Positions 15,901-23,944 of a stretch of 59,926 nt of DNA are shown in pieces. Source of the stretch: a virus; IMG/VR virus record IMGVR_UViG_3300022205_000002; one strand, 5' to 3'. The first letter of the stretch is position 1, and each line of letters begins with the position of its first letter. A program made the position numbers and the translations under genes. The notes below the pieces were generated by a model. That model was given only the letters and a program-made list of their open reading frames with translations. It did no database searches and was not told where the DNA came from.

Positions 15901-15935
15901 GAAACGAGCAGAATAATAAAGGAAAAGGGGATAAG
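15856..15935 (+). promoter_or_regulatory. Conserved promoter/leader cassette, copy C (plus orientation)
   Basis: TTTTGGTATTTTGGCACGAATAGTGTATCTATATAAGGTATGAGAAACGAG...GGAAAAGGGGATAAG, then the ATG at 15936. Confidence 0.45.
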
Positions 15936-16127
15936 ATGAAACAGAATAAAAAAGTAAGCTTTGTAAAAGCTATCTTAAAAAACAATAATGACATGTGGAA
16001 CATCTATAGCGGTATTACAAAGTCGCCGAAGGTTTTGGACACAATTATCAATAGCGCGTTGGAAAACAATCTGCATCGCATGAACAGCACTATTACGATT
16101 GCATATATCGCTTACATGACTAAATAA
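15936..16127 (+). CDS. Hypothetical protein (63 aa)
   Basis: Start taken at MKQNKKVSF, after the conserved leader. Confidence 0.5.
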   Translation: MKQNKKVSFVKAILKNNNDMWNIYSGITKSPKVLDTIINSALENNLHRMNSTITIAYIAYMTK

Positions 16128-16142
16128 GGAAAAAGGGATAAG

Positions 16143-16316
16143 ATGAGCAAGCGAATAAAAGAGCTAAAAGATAAAATCGAAAACTTGGAACTACGAGTAA
16201 ACGCAACGGCTCCGGGAACTCCGCTTCGCTACAGCGTCAAGCTAATAAATGAAATGCGCGAAGCCCAGATGGAGTTGGATGCTTGGACGGATCAACCCTG
16301 TAAAGATGACGAATAA
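16143..16316 (+). CDS. Hypothetical coiled-coil protein (57 aa), below the track cutoff
   Basis: Hand translation: MSKRIKELKDKIENLELRVNATAPGTPLRYSVKLINEMREAQMELDAWTDQPCKDDE. Preceded by GGAAAAAGGGATAAG. Confidence 0.45.
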   Translation: MSKRIKELKDKIENLELRVNATAPGTPLRYSVKLINEMREAQMELDAWTDQPCKDDE

Positions 16317-16335
16317 AGGAAAAGAGAATAAGGCG

Positions 16336-16602
16336 ATGGAATGGAACATCAATCACAAGATTAATGCTAGGCGCGATAACTATTATCTGCGCTTGTGTGA
16401 TTATAAGCGCATTTATTCCAAAATACAAGACACGCTCAACAATGATGGGATTGTACGGATTGTAAGTTACGGACATGTTCTGGAATGCTCTAAGAAGCAC
16501 GCTAGCATGTTTAGTTATAATTCTGGTGGTGTTTACATCGTAAGAGGGAAACGCCGCGAATCTATTATTGGCTGCACCATTGAACACTATAGCAATAAAT
16601 AA
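16336..16602 (+). CDS. Hypothetical protein (88 aa)
   Basis: Start taken at MEWNINHK, preceded by AGGAAAAGAGAATAAGG. Confidence 0.5.
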   Translation: MEWNINHKINARRDNYYLRLCDYKRIYSKIQDTLNNDGIVRIVSYGHVLECSKKHASMFSYNSGGVYIVRGKRRESIIGCTIEHYSNK

Positions 16603-16613
16603 AAGAGGCGTAA

Positions 16614-16793
16614 ATGAAAGATTTTGACTGGGAAAAAGCTAAAAAGGATATCAAGGTCAGGCTTGATAAGTATGAGATTAACGGCAGCAATAAGTTGGTC
16701 ATGGAGCTTATGGTCTTGATGCGGGTTAGCTATGATAAGGGTTATGATGATGGAGCTAATAGCGATTTTGACGTATACGATGATTATACATAA
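16614..16793 (+). CDS. Hypothetical protein (59 aa), below the track cutoff
   Basis: Hand translation: MKDFDWEKAKKDIKVRLDKYEINGSNKLVMELMVLMRVSYDKGYDDGANSDFDVYDDYT. AAGAGG sits upstream. Confidence 0.45.
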   Translation: MKDFDWEKAKKDIKVRLDKYEINGSNKLVMELMVLMRVSYDKGYDDGANSDFDVYDDYT

Positions 16794-16808
16794 AAGGAGA
16801 ATAAGACA

Positions 16809-17165
16809 ATGAGTTGGGACGTGTATTTAAAGGATCCTGTGACATATGAAACCATAGTTTTTGACACACCCCATTATATGAGGGGAGGTACTTATCAGGT
16901 GGGAGGTGCTAATGAAGCCTGGCTTAATATCACGTATAATTATAGCAAACATTTTAAAATAATCGACAAGGATCGAGGGATTCACAAACTGCAGGGTTTA
17001 TCTGGAGCGGAAAGTTTACCGTTGCTGAATAAAGCAATAAGCGTTTTAGATGACGATGCCGATCCGGACTATTGGGCACCAACAGAAGGTAATGCAAAGC
17101 GTGCATTGCTTCAACTTAAAGCGATGGCATGTATGCGGCCCGATGGAATATGGGAAGTAATTTAA
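16809..17165 (+). CDS. Hypothetical protein (118 aa)
   Basis: AAGGAGA sits upstream of the ATG. No motif recognised. Confidence 0.6.
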   Translation: MSWDVYLKDPVTYETIVFDTPHYMRGGTYQVGGANEAWLNITYNYSKHFKIIDKDRGIHKLQGLSGAESLPLLNKAISVLDDDADPDYWAPTEGNAKRALLQLKAMACMRPDGIWEVI

Positions 17166-17235
17166 GATATAATACATAAATCTCGCGCTTGAATGTGATA
17201 CAATAATGAATCTTCGCGCAAGTGCGTGAAGTGAC

Positions 17236-17280
17236 GGCGCGGGTGAGGTTATCCCCCTCTCCTCCCCGCGCCTATTTTTT
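17236..17280 (+). terminator. Rho-independent terminator
   Basis: GGCGCGGGTGAGG (17236-17248) pairs with CCTCCCCGCGCC (17261-17272) over 12 bp with one bulge, followed by TATTTTTT. Confidence 0.7.
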
Positions 17281-17298
17281 ATCAAGGTATAATAGAAT

Positions 17299-18750
17299 AT
17301 GAAAACTAAACCGTACAAACACCAAACCGAAGCGCTGGAACTAAGCAAAGATAAACAAGTCTTCGCGCTGTTCGCAGAGCAAGGAACCGGTAAAACAAAA
17401 ATAACTATTGATACTATAGAGTATTTATATAACAGTAATAAAATAAACAGCGTTGTTATAATAGCGCCAAATGGCGTTAATCGCGCGTGGCTTGATGAAC
17501 AGATACCGCTTCACTTCGGCATTGATGAATATCATCATCACTTGTGGACGGGCAAGCGAACGCAACGCGCGCTTGAATCGTGGACAATGTTTGAAGGTGT
17601 CGCCGCTACTCATATCAAGATTCTATCGATCCACATTGACGCTGTTATCACAAAACACGGATATCAAGCAATAGAAAAATTTCTCAAGAATCATAACAGC
17701 CTGTTAGTGCTGGATGAGTCGCACAAGATAAAGAACCCGAAAGCGCTTCGCACAAAGAAAATCATAGCGCTTGGGAAACTGGCGCAATACAAACGCATCC
17801 TGACCGGCACGCCTGTTACTCAAAACATAGGCGATCTATACTCACAATTTGCATTTATGGATATAGACATCTTCGGTCATAAAAGCTACTTTACATTTTA
17901 TCGGCGCTACATGAACGAAACCGTGGGATACGGCCCCGGCGGACGGACGTTTACAAAATTTGATGGTATACGGAATAAAGAAGAACTGTTCGATATCATG
18001 AAGCCATACTCATACCGCGTGTTAAAAAAGGATTGTCTTGACCTGCCGGACAAGGTATACAAAACCATCTATGTGGAACTGGACGGCAAACAGCGCACCT
18101 TATACGATACACTAAAAACCGAATTTATGATAGCGATTGATAATAATGAAATAACGGCAGCCACCGCATTAACAAGGCTTGCCAAAATGCAACAGATAAT
18201 TGGAGGGTTTGTTCATGATACAGAAAATAATATCAGCCATAAAATTTGCGATACTCCGATACCGCGTCTGGAAGTTATACAGGATATTATTGAAGGTGAG
18301 GCGCAAGAATCAAAAATTATCATCTGGGCAAAATACCGATATGAAATAAAACTTATAGTTGAATATCTGATATCCGCCGGTCACAACCGGCGCTCCATAC
18401 TCGAATACCACGGCGGCATAAACAGGGATATAAGAGCGGAAAATCTGATAGCATTCCAGAATGACGCTGAAAACAAACACAAGTTTTTTATCAGTACCGC
18501 GCAAACCGGAGGGACTGGGTTAAACCTCACTTCAGCCAATACCGTAATTTATTACTCCAATTCATTCAGCCTTGAAGCGCGTTCACAAAGTGAAGATAGA
18601 TGCCACCGCGCCGGACAGGTCAATAAAGTAACGTATTACGATATACAGGCGATCAATACGGTGGATAAGCATATCATTGATATATTGAGGAACAAGCAAG
18701 ACATAGCAGATATGGTAACAAGTAACGTCCAGCGCTTCTTACACGACTAA
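17299..18750 (+). CDS. SNF2-family (SF2) helicase/ATPase
   Basis: 483 aa. LFAEQGTGKT (motif I), LVLDESHKIKN (motif II), ILTGTPVTQN (motif III), GGTGLNLTSANTVIYY, and SQSEDRCHRAGQ (motif VI). Confidence 0.85.
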   Translation: MKTKPYKHQTEALELSKDKQVFALFAEQGTGKTKITIDTIEYLYNSNKINSVVIIAPNGVNRAWLDEQIPLHFGIDEYHHHLWTGKRTQRALESWTMFEGVAATHIKILSIHIDAVITKHGYQAIEKFLKNHNSLLVLDESHKIKNPKALRTKKIIALGKLAQYKRILTGTPVTQNIGDLYSQFAFMDIDIFGHKSYFTFYRRYMNETVGYGPGGRTFTKFDGIRNKEELFDIMKPYSYRVLKKDCLDLPDKVYKTIYVELDGKQRTLYDTLKTEFMIAIDNNEITAATALTRLAKMQQIIGGFVHDTENNISHKICDTPIPRLEVIQDIIEGEAQESKIIIWAKYRYEIKLIVEYLISAGHNRRSILEYHGGINRDIRAENLIAFQNDAENKHKFFISTAQTGGTGLNLTSANTVIYYSNSFSLEARSQSEDRCHRAGQVNKVTYYDIQAINTVDKHIIDILRNKQDIADMVTSNVQRFLHD

Positions 18751-19146
18751 AAAATCAAGCCAGTCTTTAGCATTGTACTTGTTAAGCTTTTTAATAGATG
18801 TAGTATGATGCGGCATTACTTCTTGATAATCATCAATAACGCACGATCCATCCATGAATTTATACGTGTACAGCGTATCACCTATTACAACGCAAACAAA
18901 GCCAGCGCCACCGTTATCTACAAGGCTTTTGAGCCACAGGCATTCACGCTTCCATGATGCGGGATTTTTAGTGCCTAGCGTCTTAGGCGGTCTGTCAAAT
19001 GCCTTTAGTTCTATCCATATATTACGGCCTTTGTAGCAAATAAACAGGTCTGGCGTTCCTACGCCTGCGCCATTCTCTATTTTAGAGACGTGACACCACG
19101 GCGCTATTGCGTCTACAATGCTGGTTTTTAGTGTCGCTTCTTTCAT
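18739..19146 (-). CDS. PD-(D/E)xK nuclease, VRR-NUC-like
   Basis: 135 aa. GVGTPDLFICYKGRNIWIELKAF fits the PD...E-x-K core. It converges tail-to-tail with the SNF2 gene, overlapping by 12 bp. Confidence 0.55.
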   Translation of the reverse strand: MKEATLKTSIVDAIAPWCHVSKIENGAGVGTPDLFICYKGRNIWIELKAFDRPPKTLGTKNPASWKRECLWLKSLVDNGGAGFVCVVIGDTLYTYKFMDGSCVIDDYQEVMPHHTTSIKKLNKYNAKDWLDFLVV

Positions 19147-19232
19147 TCATCACCTTTAATTTTTAGCAAGCCACAGATATATTACAGCTATCCATAACCA
19201 AAAATGACTACATTCCATATTCGTTTAATTCC

Positions 19233-19760
19233 TCACGGTACTTTTGGCAAATGTTTTTTCTCGACTTCTTTATACCACTGCTCCGACGATCCGCAGTTGC
19301 GCCACATTGCATACGCCAAGTCTGCCACACTTCCTCTATGGAGCGGATATGGGTATGTTTTATTTGAATTAAATATTATATGCTCTGCCCATTCGCGAGG
19401 CGCATTAAAATATCTGCACATATGATATGCTGCATTCTCGTTCCTGCCGGTTTTATCACGATCGACTATTGAGCGCGCCCATTCCAAAGAACATCCTTCG
19501 TACTCAAGTAAAGCGATGGTTGCGCCAGAAATATCGCCTGTTGTTGATTGCTCAATATACTGTTTTATATCTTCCATCAATTCCGGATATACATCTATAA
19601 ATATGTTCCAGTCAATATAATAATCGTAGTCAAAATCATCCTGAGTTTCATCATAATACCGCTTCCATAACTTTTTAGTATCGACATTAAAGTATTCTGC
19701 CAATTCTCTGGCGAATTCATACGTAAAAGAGTAAGGCATATCAGGTTTATTCTTGGTCAT
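19233..19760 (-). CDS. Hypothetical acidic protein (175 aa)
   Basis: D/E/Y-rich segment DETQDDFDYDYYIDW. No catalytic motif recognised. Confidence 0.55.
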   Translation of the reverse strand: MTKNKPDMPYSFTYEFARELAEYFNVDTKKLWKRYYDETQDDFDYDYYIDWNIFIDVYPELMEDIKQYIEQSTTGDISGATIALLEYEGCSLEWARSIVDRDKTGRNENAAYHMCRYFNAPREWAEHIIFNSNKTYPYPLHRGSVADLAYAMWRNCGSSEQWYKEVEKKHLPKVP

Positions 19761-19772
19761 GTTTTCATTCCC

Positions 19773-19916
19773 TTAATTCCTAGAAAAGATGCCGCCGCCG
19801 TTAGTGTATATATCTACCGCTCTTTTAAAGCCGTCGCGCCTGCCGCTACGATATCCTATGTTATACTGTGAATAGCACAGTGCTAATGTATATAATATAA
19901 AGATTATTGTTGTCAT
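19773..19916 (-). CDS. Small hydrophobic-N-terminus protein (47 aa), below the track cutoff
   Basis: Hand translation: MTTIIFILYTLALCYSQYNIGYRSGRRDGFKRAVDIYTNGGGIFSRN. Its ATG overlaps the upstream stop as ATGA. Confidence 0.35.
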   Translation of the reverse strand: MTTIIFILYTLALCYSQYNIGYRSGRRDGFKRAVDIYTNGGGIFSRN

Positions 19917-20149
19917 TCCTTCCACTCCTCATATATTATAAACCCTGAATCTCTGCATTTCTTCGTTCTAACAGGCCTGCCATTTTGGCGTTTTATAAGC
20001 TCATTAAACTTAGTGCAGTTATCTATTGATCTCGATACCCAAAATATAGGCATCAATGTAATATACGGACAATTACGCGATGTTACAACATTGATGCGAT
20101 GATTACAATATTTTTTAGTGATGATAGCATCTTTCTTAATCGTTGTCAT
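19913..20149 (-). CDS. Hypothetical protein (78 aa)
   Basis: Co-directional ORF, start/stop-coupled with its neighbours. Confidence 0.5.
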   Translation of the reverse strand: MTTIKKDAIITKKYCNHRINVVTSRNCPYITLMPIFWVSRSIDNCTKFNELIKRQNGRPVRTKKCRDSGFIIYEEWKE

Positions 20150-20379
20150 CCCTTCTCCCCTTCCCCAAACTTAATCGATATAGTTACTTTCACAGGTGGC
20201 CAATCAGGCGTTGACCAATTTGATCTCTTGCCTCGTTTTTTGTATACATTAAAAGAATTGTCTATTATCAATATGCCTGTAAAGCTATACTTCACTTGAT
20301 ACATTGGATAACACTCAAATACAGATTTACCAACCCAGCCGGTTATGGTCTTATCTTCATTTGGTTTCTTCTTGCTCAT
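20146..20379 (-). CDS. Hypothetical protein (77 aa)
   Basis: Co-directional ORF. No motif recognised. Confidence 0.5.
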   Translation of the reverse strand: MSKKKPNEDKTITGWVGKSVFECYPMYQVKYSFTGILIIDNSFNVYKKRGKRSNWSTPDWPPVKVTISIKFGEGEKG

Positions 20380-20385
20380 AATCCA

Positions 20386-20577
20386 TTATCCTTTTGTTAT
20401 AATTATTCGTTTCGCTTTCCAGTCTGAACAAGTGCGGTCTTCATATACGTGAAATTCATTAGTCACAAAAACATGGCGCTGTTCATCTTGATAATCCCTG
20501 CAAATCCCTACGCGTTTGCCGTCAATCGTAAAAGCTTGATAATGCCAAAACGCGCAATTATTACACGTCATCGTCAT
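20386..20577 (-). CDS. Hypothetical Cys-containing protein (63 aa)
   Basis: Co-directional ORF. No motif recognised. Confidence 0.5.
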   Translation of the reverse strand: MTMTCNNCAFWHYQAFTIDGKRVGICRDYQDEQRHVFVTNEFHVYEDRTCSDWKAKRIIITKG

Positions 20578-20741
20578 GACATGGCCTCCACCAATGCAGT
20601 CACGATAGCGCGTCCGAAGTCATAACCGTAAATAGCGCAAGATACTATCACACCTGCGAATATAGCAAGTATTATAACGCCGGGTATTAATCTTATCAAA
20701 ACGATAAGCGCTTCAACTGTGTCCCTTGATTTTTTACTCAT
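20574..20741 (-). CDS. Small membrane protein (55 aa)
   Basis: Start taken at MSKKSRDT, overlapping the polA stop. Hydrophobic stretch LIPGVIILAIFAGVIVSCAIYG. Confidence 0.5.
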   Translation of the reverse strand: MSKKSRDTVEALIVLIRLIPGVIILAIFAGVIVSCAIYGYDFGRAIVTALVEAMS

Positions 20742-22633
20742 TTCAATTCTCCCCAATTATCACCTTCTGCAATGTCTACCTTGAGCGGAACCGATAGATT
20801 AACCGCGTTTTCCATGATGTATTTTACCTCCTGTATCGCGTCTTTACCAGCCTTATTTTGTGGCATACTGAAAATCAATTCATCGTGAACGGTCAACAAC
20901 GGCGCTCCCAATACGTCACATACACCACTTTCATAAATATTCACCATCGCCATTTTCAAAATATCAGCGGCGCTACCTTGAATAACTCGATTCAATGCGG
21001 TATAGGTATACGAGCGCTGTATCTGCCTTCCCCACGCTTCAAGCGCTTCCGGCTTTGACAACGGATCGACTTTGGTTTTACTGTATTGCTTCGGCTCCCA
21101 TTTGTTAAAGCGTGACCGGCGGCCTAGTAAAGTTTTTACATATCCTCGGTTTTGCGCTACTTCCGTCGCCTGTTCCGCAAGTTGTGACGCAAATGGAAAA
21201 TGTTTGGCGTATTCCTGTTTAAGCGCTTTTGCATCATCAACAGAACGATTAAGACTTTTAGCAAGCGCATATATACCCATACCGTAAACTATGCCGAAGT
21301 TAAGATTCTTTCCCGGCTTCCGGTCTACATCAAGCAAGTCCGCTACAAATTGATGTATATCCGTGTCCGCGTCTTCCCTGTAACGCCGCTTCAATTCATT
21401 AGCTACCGCGTCATTACCAAGGTGAACAAGATACCTATACTCAATTTGCGAGTAGTCTAGTCCTGTAAGTTTCTCGCCTTCATCCGGCAAGAACATTGAA
21501 CGCGTTAACGGGCCTAGTTCTTCATCCCTTGCCGGTACGTTCTGCAAGTTAGGATTGCTGGAACTGAAGCGGCCAGACCTTGCGCCCAATGGATTGAATT
21601 CAGGATGTATCCTGTCATTACTCGTATAGCCAAAAATATAACCGTTGATAAAGGTACTAAGGAATTTTTTCCACTTACGTAAATTTAATATTGTGTCCGT
21701 TACTTCATGCGTGTGATTAGCTAAAAAGGTATGAGTGAATGACGGTTCATTGCTTTTAGCGGTCATCTTGTAATCAAGTTTCAGCGCATCAAACAGCCGC
21801 GCCAAATCCGTAGACGCGTCGACGTTTACACCAAACCCGGCTATATTGTCAAGTATTTTTTGATCATTAATAATCCGTTGTTGTAATTCTTCTTGCAATT
21901 GTTTCGCTTTTGTGGTATTAACGCGTATTCCACGCATGCGCATATCCACAAGCATATTGACAAGACGCATTTCAGTTTGAAAACACAAGGATAAATTTTC
22001 CCTATCCATCACAGTTTGTTGATGCTTCATAATGCGCAACGGTAAATCCACGTCACTTTCCGCGTACGGCCCTACGACACTGGCGGGAGCGCGCCATATA
22101 TTTTTAGCTTGTTCCTTGCGCTCTGGCGCTCCGCCGAAGTGTTCCGCGCAATACTTATACATCAAGTCTTCGGTTTTGTTTTCGTTAAGATATTTTTCAC
22201 CTAGATAATTTAAACTTGCGCGTCTTGATTCATCTATAAGCCATTCCGCCGTATGCGTACAGTAAAACGCGCCGTTCATCGTCACGCCTTCCTTGCGTAA
22301 CCACCCTACATCGTATATAATATTTGCGCCTACTTTCAATTGTTCCGGTCTTGATAGTTCGGTATTTAACCAGCGTAACACCGTATCAGCGTCAAGATTC
22401 GCGCCTGTCTCGTGGCGTATAGGGAAGTATTGCCTGTATCCATCATCCGTACCTATTGATATCCCCGCTACAAAACCATTACCAGTAGCCCAGCCCGGCC
22501 CCTTCTCAATGATATCGGGATCGCAGGTTTCCGTATCTACGGCTATGATTTTAGCGCTTGATAGACTGGGCAGGTCTTGCGGCATTGTCCAATTGGTATC
22601 AAATCTTTTTTCACCAAATATTGATTTTTGCAT
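20738..22633 (-). CDS. polA: Family A DNA polymerase (Pol I-like) with an N-terminal 3'-5' exonuclease-like region
   Basis: 631 aa. IAVDTETCD (Exo I-like), RSGRFSSSNPNLQNVPAR, DYSQIEYRYL (motif A), KNLNFGIVYGMG (motif B), and VHDELIF (motif C). Confidence 0.9.
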   Translation of the reverse strand: MQKSIFGEKRFDTNWTMPQDLPSLSSAKIIAVDTETCDPDIIEKGPGWATGNGFVAGISIGTDDGYRQYFPIRHETGANLDADTVLRWLNTELSRPEQLKVGANIIYDVGWLRKEGVTMNGAFYCTHTAEWLIDESRRASLNYLGEKYLNENKTEDLMYKYCAEHFGGAPERKEQAKNIWRAPASVVGPYAESDVDLPLRIMKHQQTVMDRENLSLCFQTEMRLVNMLVDMRMRGIRVNTTKAKQLQEELQQRIINDQKILDNIAGFGVNVDASTDLARLFDALKLDYKMTAKSNEPSFTHTFLANHTHEVTDTILNLRKWKKFLSTFINGYIFGYTSNDRIHPEFNPLGARSGRFSSSNPNLQNVPARDEELGPLTRSMFLPDEGEKLTGLDYSQIEYRYLVHLGNDAVANELKRRYREDADTDIHQFVADLLDVDRKPGKNLNFGIVYGMGIYALAKSLNRSVDDAKALKQEYAKHFPFASQLAEQATEVAQNRGYVKTLLGRRSRFNKWEPKQYSKTKVDPLSKPEALEAWGRQIQRSYTYTALNRVIQGSAADILKMAMVNIYESGVCDVLGAPLLTVHDELIFSMPQNKAGKDAIQEVKYIMENAVNLSVPLKVDIAEGDNWGELK

Positions 22634-22639
22634 TATGTT

Positions 22640-23413
22640 TTATTTCTCTTTGTTGATACTGTCAAGTATAGCGTAACCAAGCAATTCCACAATTTGTGGG
22701 ACTACGGCGTTTCCACAGACTCCAAGTCTGTCCACCCCTCCGGAAAACCCATCATCATCTCGTAAGCTGACGCGATCTGTCTGAAGTTCATCCCGCTTAT
22801 AGCGAAGTAATAAAGAGGCCTGATTGTCGACGTTCTTTTTATTAATGATTTGTGCATCGATATTATTTTGAAGCGTTGAGCGACCATGGAACATGTCTTC
22901 GTAGGGGTAGGCAATAATCCAGACTCTATCTCGTATTTGCGGGGAGCCAACATAGTAAGCTGGTATACAGTGCCATTCCGCATCATACCCGATCGTGGCC
23001 AAGTCCCCAAGAACTCGTCCAAACCAGCGTCCGTTATCTCCTGAAAGCAAGGCTGGCACGTTTTCCACGATTGCGAATTGTGGTCGTATTTCGCTAATGA
23101 GTCTTTTAAGTTCACCCCACAATCCTGATCGCTCCCCTGAAATTCCGGCTTGTTTTCCGGCGGTTGATAAGTCTTGGCAGGGGAATCCACCTGTGACAAT
23201 GTCGGGAATAATTCCATCTGATTCAAGTTTTTCTTTGGTGACATTTCTTATATCCTCATATATAGGCACATCCGGCCAATGCTTCTTTAATACTTTTTGT
23301 GCGGATGGTTCAATTTCACAGAAAGCTACGGTTTCAAAACCGCCCGTTCTCTCAAGTCCAAGAGAGAATCCGCCTATCCCCGAAAACAAATCAAGGATTT
23401 TTAACTTTTGCAT
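22640..23413 (-). CDS. dcm: DNA (cytosine-5)-methyltransferase, short-TRD type
   Basis: 257 aa. LFSGIGG (I), GGFPCQDLS (IV), ENVPALL (VI), SPQIRDRVWIIA (VIII), and RLGVCGNAVVPQI (X). Confidence 0.85.
   Translation of the reverse strand: MQKLKILDLFSGIGGFSLGLERTGGFETVAFCEIEPSAQKVLKKHWPDVPIYEDIRNVTKEKLESDGIIPDIVTGGFPCQDLSTAGKQAGISGERSGLWGELKRLISEIRPQFAIVENVPALLSGDNGRWFGRVLGDLATIGYDAEWHCIPAYYVGSPQIRDRVWIIAYPYEDMFHGRSTLQNNIDAQIINKKNVDNQASLLLRYKRDELQTDRVSLRDDDGFSGGVDRLGVCGNAVVPQIVELLGYAILDSINKEK
22702..23244 (-). CDS. 180-codon ORF fully embedded in dcm in a different sense frame. Its status (overprinted gene or chance ORF) is unresolved.
   Basis: It has its own GAGGA 8 nt upstream of ATG 23244. 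The translation contains TWPRSGMMRNGTVYQL, ESGLLPTPTKT and MMMGFPEGWTDL. It is the longest same-strand overlapping ORF in the track; the others are 79 aa or shorter. Confidence 0.3.
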   Translation of the reverse strand: MSPKKNLNQMELFPTLSQVDSPAKTYQPPENKPEFQGSDQDCGVNLKDSLAKYDHNSQSWKTCQPCFQEITDAGLDEFLGTWPRSGMMRNGTVYQLTMLAPRKYEIESGLLPTPTKTCSMVAQRFKIISMHKSLIKRTSTIRPLYYFAISGMNFRQIASAYEMMMGFPEGWTDLESVETP

Positions 23414-23419
23414 TATGTT

Positions 23420-23614
23420 TTATTTCCCGTCATCCTCGTATATATGATTCTTAAGATACGCCAGCAAGGCCTTTAGTTCTTCTACCGTTGTGCGCGGTAC
23501 TCTATTAACATATTTATCCCCAATGTAATTAGGTTTGATACTCTCCAATTCTTTCAGTAATTTTGTTATAACGTTTTTCAACATGCCAGCGTCTACAGTG
23601 TTAGTTTCACTCAT
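23420..23614 (-). CDS. Hypothetical protein (64 aa)
   Basis: Co-directional ORF. No motif recognised. Confidence 0.5.
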   Translation of the reverse strand: MSETNTVDAGMLKNVITKLLKELESIKPNYIGDKYVNRVPRTTVEELKALLAYLKNHIYEDDGK

Positions 23615-23632
23615 TGCTTTATTCCTTTTCTT

Positions 23633-23941
23633 TTAGTTATTTGTCAGCTCTAGTGTTGTATCAGCGTCATAAACAGTAGCTTCTTCAGCACGTAATATCA
23701 ATGTAGAATAAAGACTATCAAAAGCAGCCTTGCGAGAACTAAACATATCACTGTGTCTGCATTCCACTACGCCTCCATTCAGCGTCTTAAAGGTATAATA
23801 TGTTTCAGTAGATCCGGGTTTTTTATGCACGCCTATTATACGCGTTTTTATAATAACGTAACACGTTATACCTGTTTCTTTTGTCATTTGAGGAAAAAGA
23901 CTCTTAGCATAAACAATACTGCCAATTTTAAAATTTTTCAT
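23633..23941 (-). CDS. Hypothetical protein (102 aa)
   Basis: The N-terminus MKNFKIGSIVYA resembles the MSKFxVGQxVYV family at 9679 and 25703. Confidence 0.55.
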   Translation of the reverse strand: MKNFKIGSIVYAKSLFPQMTKETGITCYVIIKTRIIGVHKKPGSTETYYTFKTLNGGVVECRHSDMFSSRKAAFDSLYSTLILRAEEATVYDADTTLELTNN

Positions 23942-23944
23942 AAT

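Noticed and set aside
16237-16587. A 116-aa minus-strand ORF antisense to the plus-strand island
   Set aside because: The plus-strand ORFs here each have an RBS and tight spacing. The antisense ORF has neither.
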